DNA of 64,000 nucleotides. It comes from Candidatus Gastranaerophilales bacterium. Lineage in GTDB: Bacteria; Cyanobacteriota; Vampirovibrionia; Gastranaerophilales; Gastranaerophilaceae. The stretch is taken from assembly GCA_944325945.1 (NCBI GenBank), contig CALVBW010000023.1, forward strand, positions 21,825 through 85,824. The letters are read 5' to 3'. The first letter of the stretch is position 1. Each line of letters starts with the position of its first letter. Position numbers and translations under genes: made by a program. This document shows positions 63,453 through 64,000 of this stretch, in pieces. The notes beneath the pieces were generated by a model. The model was given only the letters and a program-made list of their open reading frames with translations. It made no database searches and was not told the origin of the DNA.

Positions 63453-64000
63453 ATGATACCTATTTTAGATTCAAAACGTCAGTACGCAACAATTGGTGCG
63501 GAAGTTGAAAAAGCTGTATGTGAAGTTTTACGTTCAGGTTCTTATATTTTAGGACCTAATACAAAAGCGCTTGAACAGGAATTGGCTGATTTTATCGGCT
63601 GTAAATATACTGTTGGTTTAAACTCAGGAACTGACGCTTTACATCTGGCATTAAGAGCACTGGATATAGGTGCAGGTGATGAAGTTATAACCGTTGCATT
63701 TACATTTGTTGCTACAACGGAAGCTATCGGAATTGTGGGTGCTAAACCTGTTTTTGTTGATATTGATCCTGATACATTCAACCTTGATGTTTCAAAATTA
63801 GAAGCTGCAATTACTCCGAGAACAAAAGCTATTATACCGGTTCACCTTTACGGTCAGCCGTGTGATATGGATGTTATTATGGATGTTGCAAAACGTCATA
63901 ATTTACATGTAATTGAGGATTGCTGTCAGGCAATCGGTGCTTTGTATAAAGGCAAAATGGTCGGTACATTCGGCGATTTCGGATGTTTAAGTTTCTATCC
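63453..64000 (+). CDS. DegT/DnrJ/EryC1/StrS-family sugar aminotransferase, N-terminal part; runs off the right window edge
   Basis: Not in the ORF track. ATG 63453 follows [30 protein letters not shown]...[18 protein letters not shown]...[11 protein letters not shown]. Confidence 0.85.
   Translation, partial: MIPILDSKRQYATIGAEVEKAVCEVLRSGSYILGPNTKALEQELADFIGCKYTVGLNSGTDALHLALRALDIGAGDEVITVAFTFVATTEAIGIVGAKPVFVDIDPDTFNLDVSKLEAAITPRTKAIIPVHLYGQPCDMDVIMDVAKRHNLHVIEDCCQAIGALYKGKMVGTFGDFGCLSFY

Overview
AT-rich bacterial chromosomal segment with about 60 protein genes and one tRNA-Ser(GCU). I saw no rRNA, CRISPR array, transposase, integrase or prophage. Most genes are housekeeping or envelope functions: etfB, an NfnA-like reductase subunit, pnp, tsaB/tsaE, yebC, groES/groEL, cysK, hydE-like, trmFO, thiG, ilvE, ispG, comEC, rmuC, a peptide ABC importer, a CadA/ArsR metal module, ECF sigma/anti-sigma/Spy, a NarL-type two-component pair, and LPS/glycan genes. 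The lineage cannot be established here. The pilin N-termini and several lineage-restricted hypothetical proteins look like uncultured gut Melainabacteria/Vampirovibrionia-like genomes, which is weak inference only. The main result is four dispersed paralogous prepilin-type genes (stops at 1733, 9025, 16310, 21199). They share a nearly invariant N-terminus and have unrelated C-terminal domains. Each is preceded by the same layout: a strong sigma70-like promoter, a strong SD plus ATG, and 8-13 codons later a 9-11 nt G/C homopolymer. These four tracts are the only long G/C runs I noticed in the window. A stop-free leader built from short palindromic repeats and 8-bp tandem arrays then runs into the pilin reading frame. 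In all four loci the upstream ATG is exactly one base out of frame, and a tract length of 10 would restore the frame. This fits slipped-strand phase variation, or systematic homopolymer miscalling. Secondary observations are a recurrent N/Q-rich [S/Q/K/N]-F-[G/T] N-terminal motif on otherwise unrelated large K/E-rich proteins (one with an HNH nuclease motif), a calpain-like protease with an EF-hand-like loop, and an abundant palindromic repeat family that also reaches into coding sequence.
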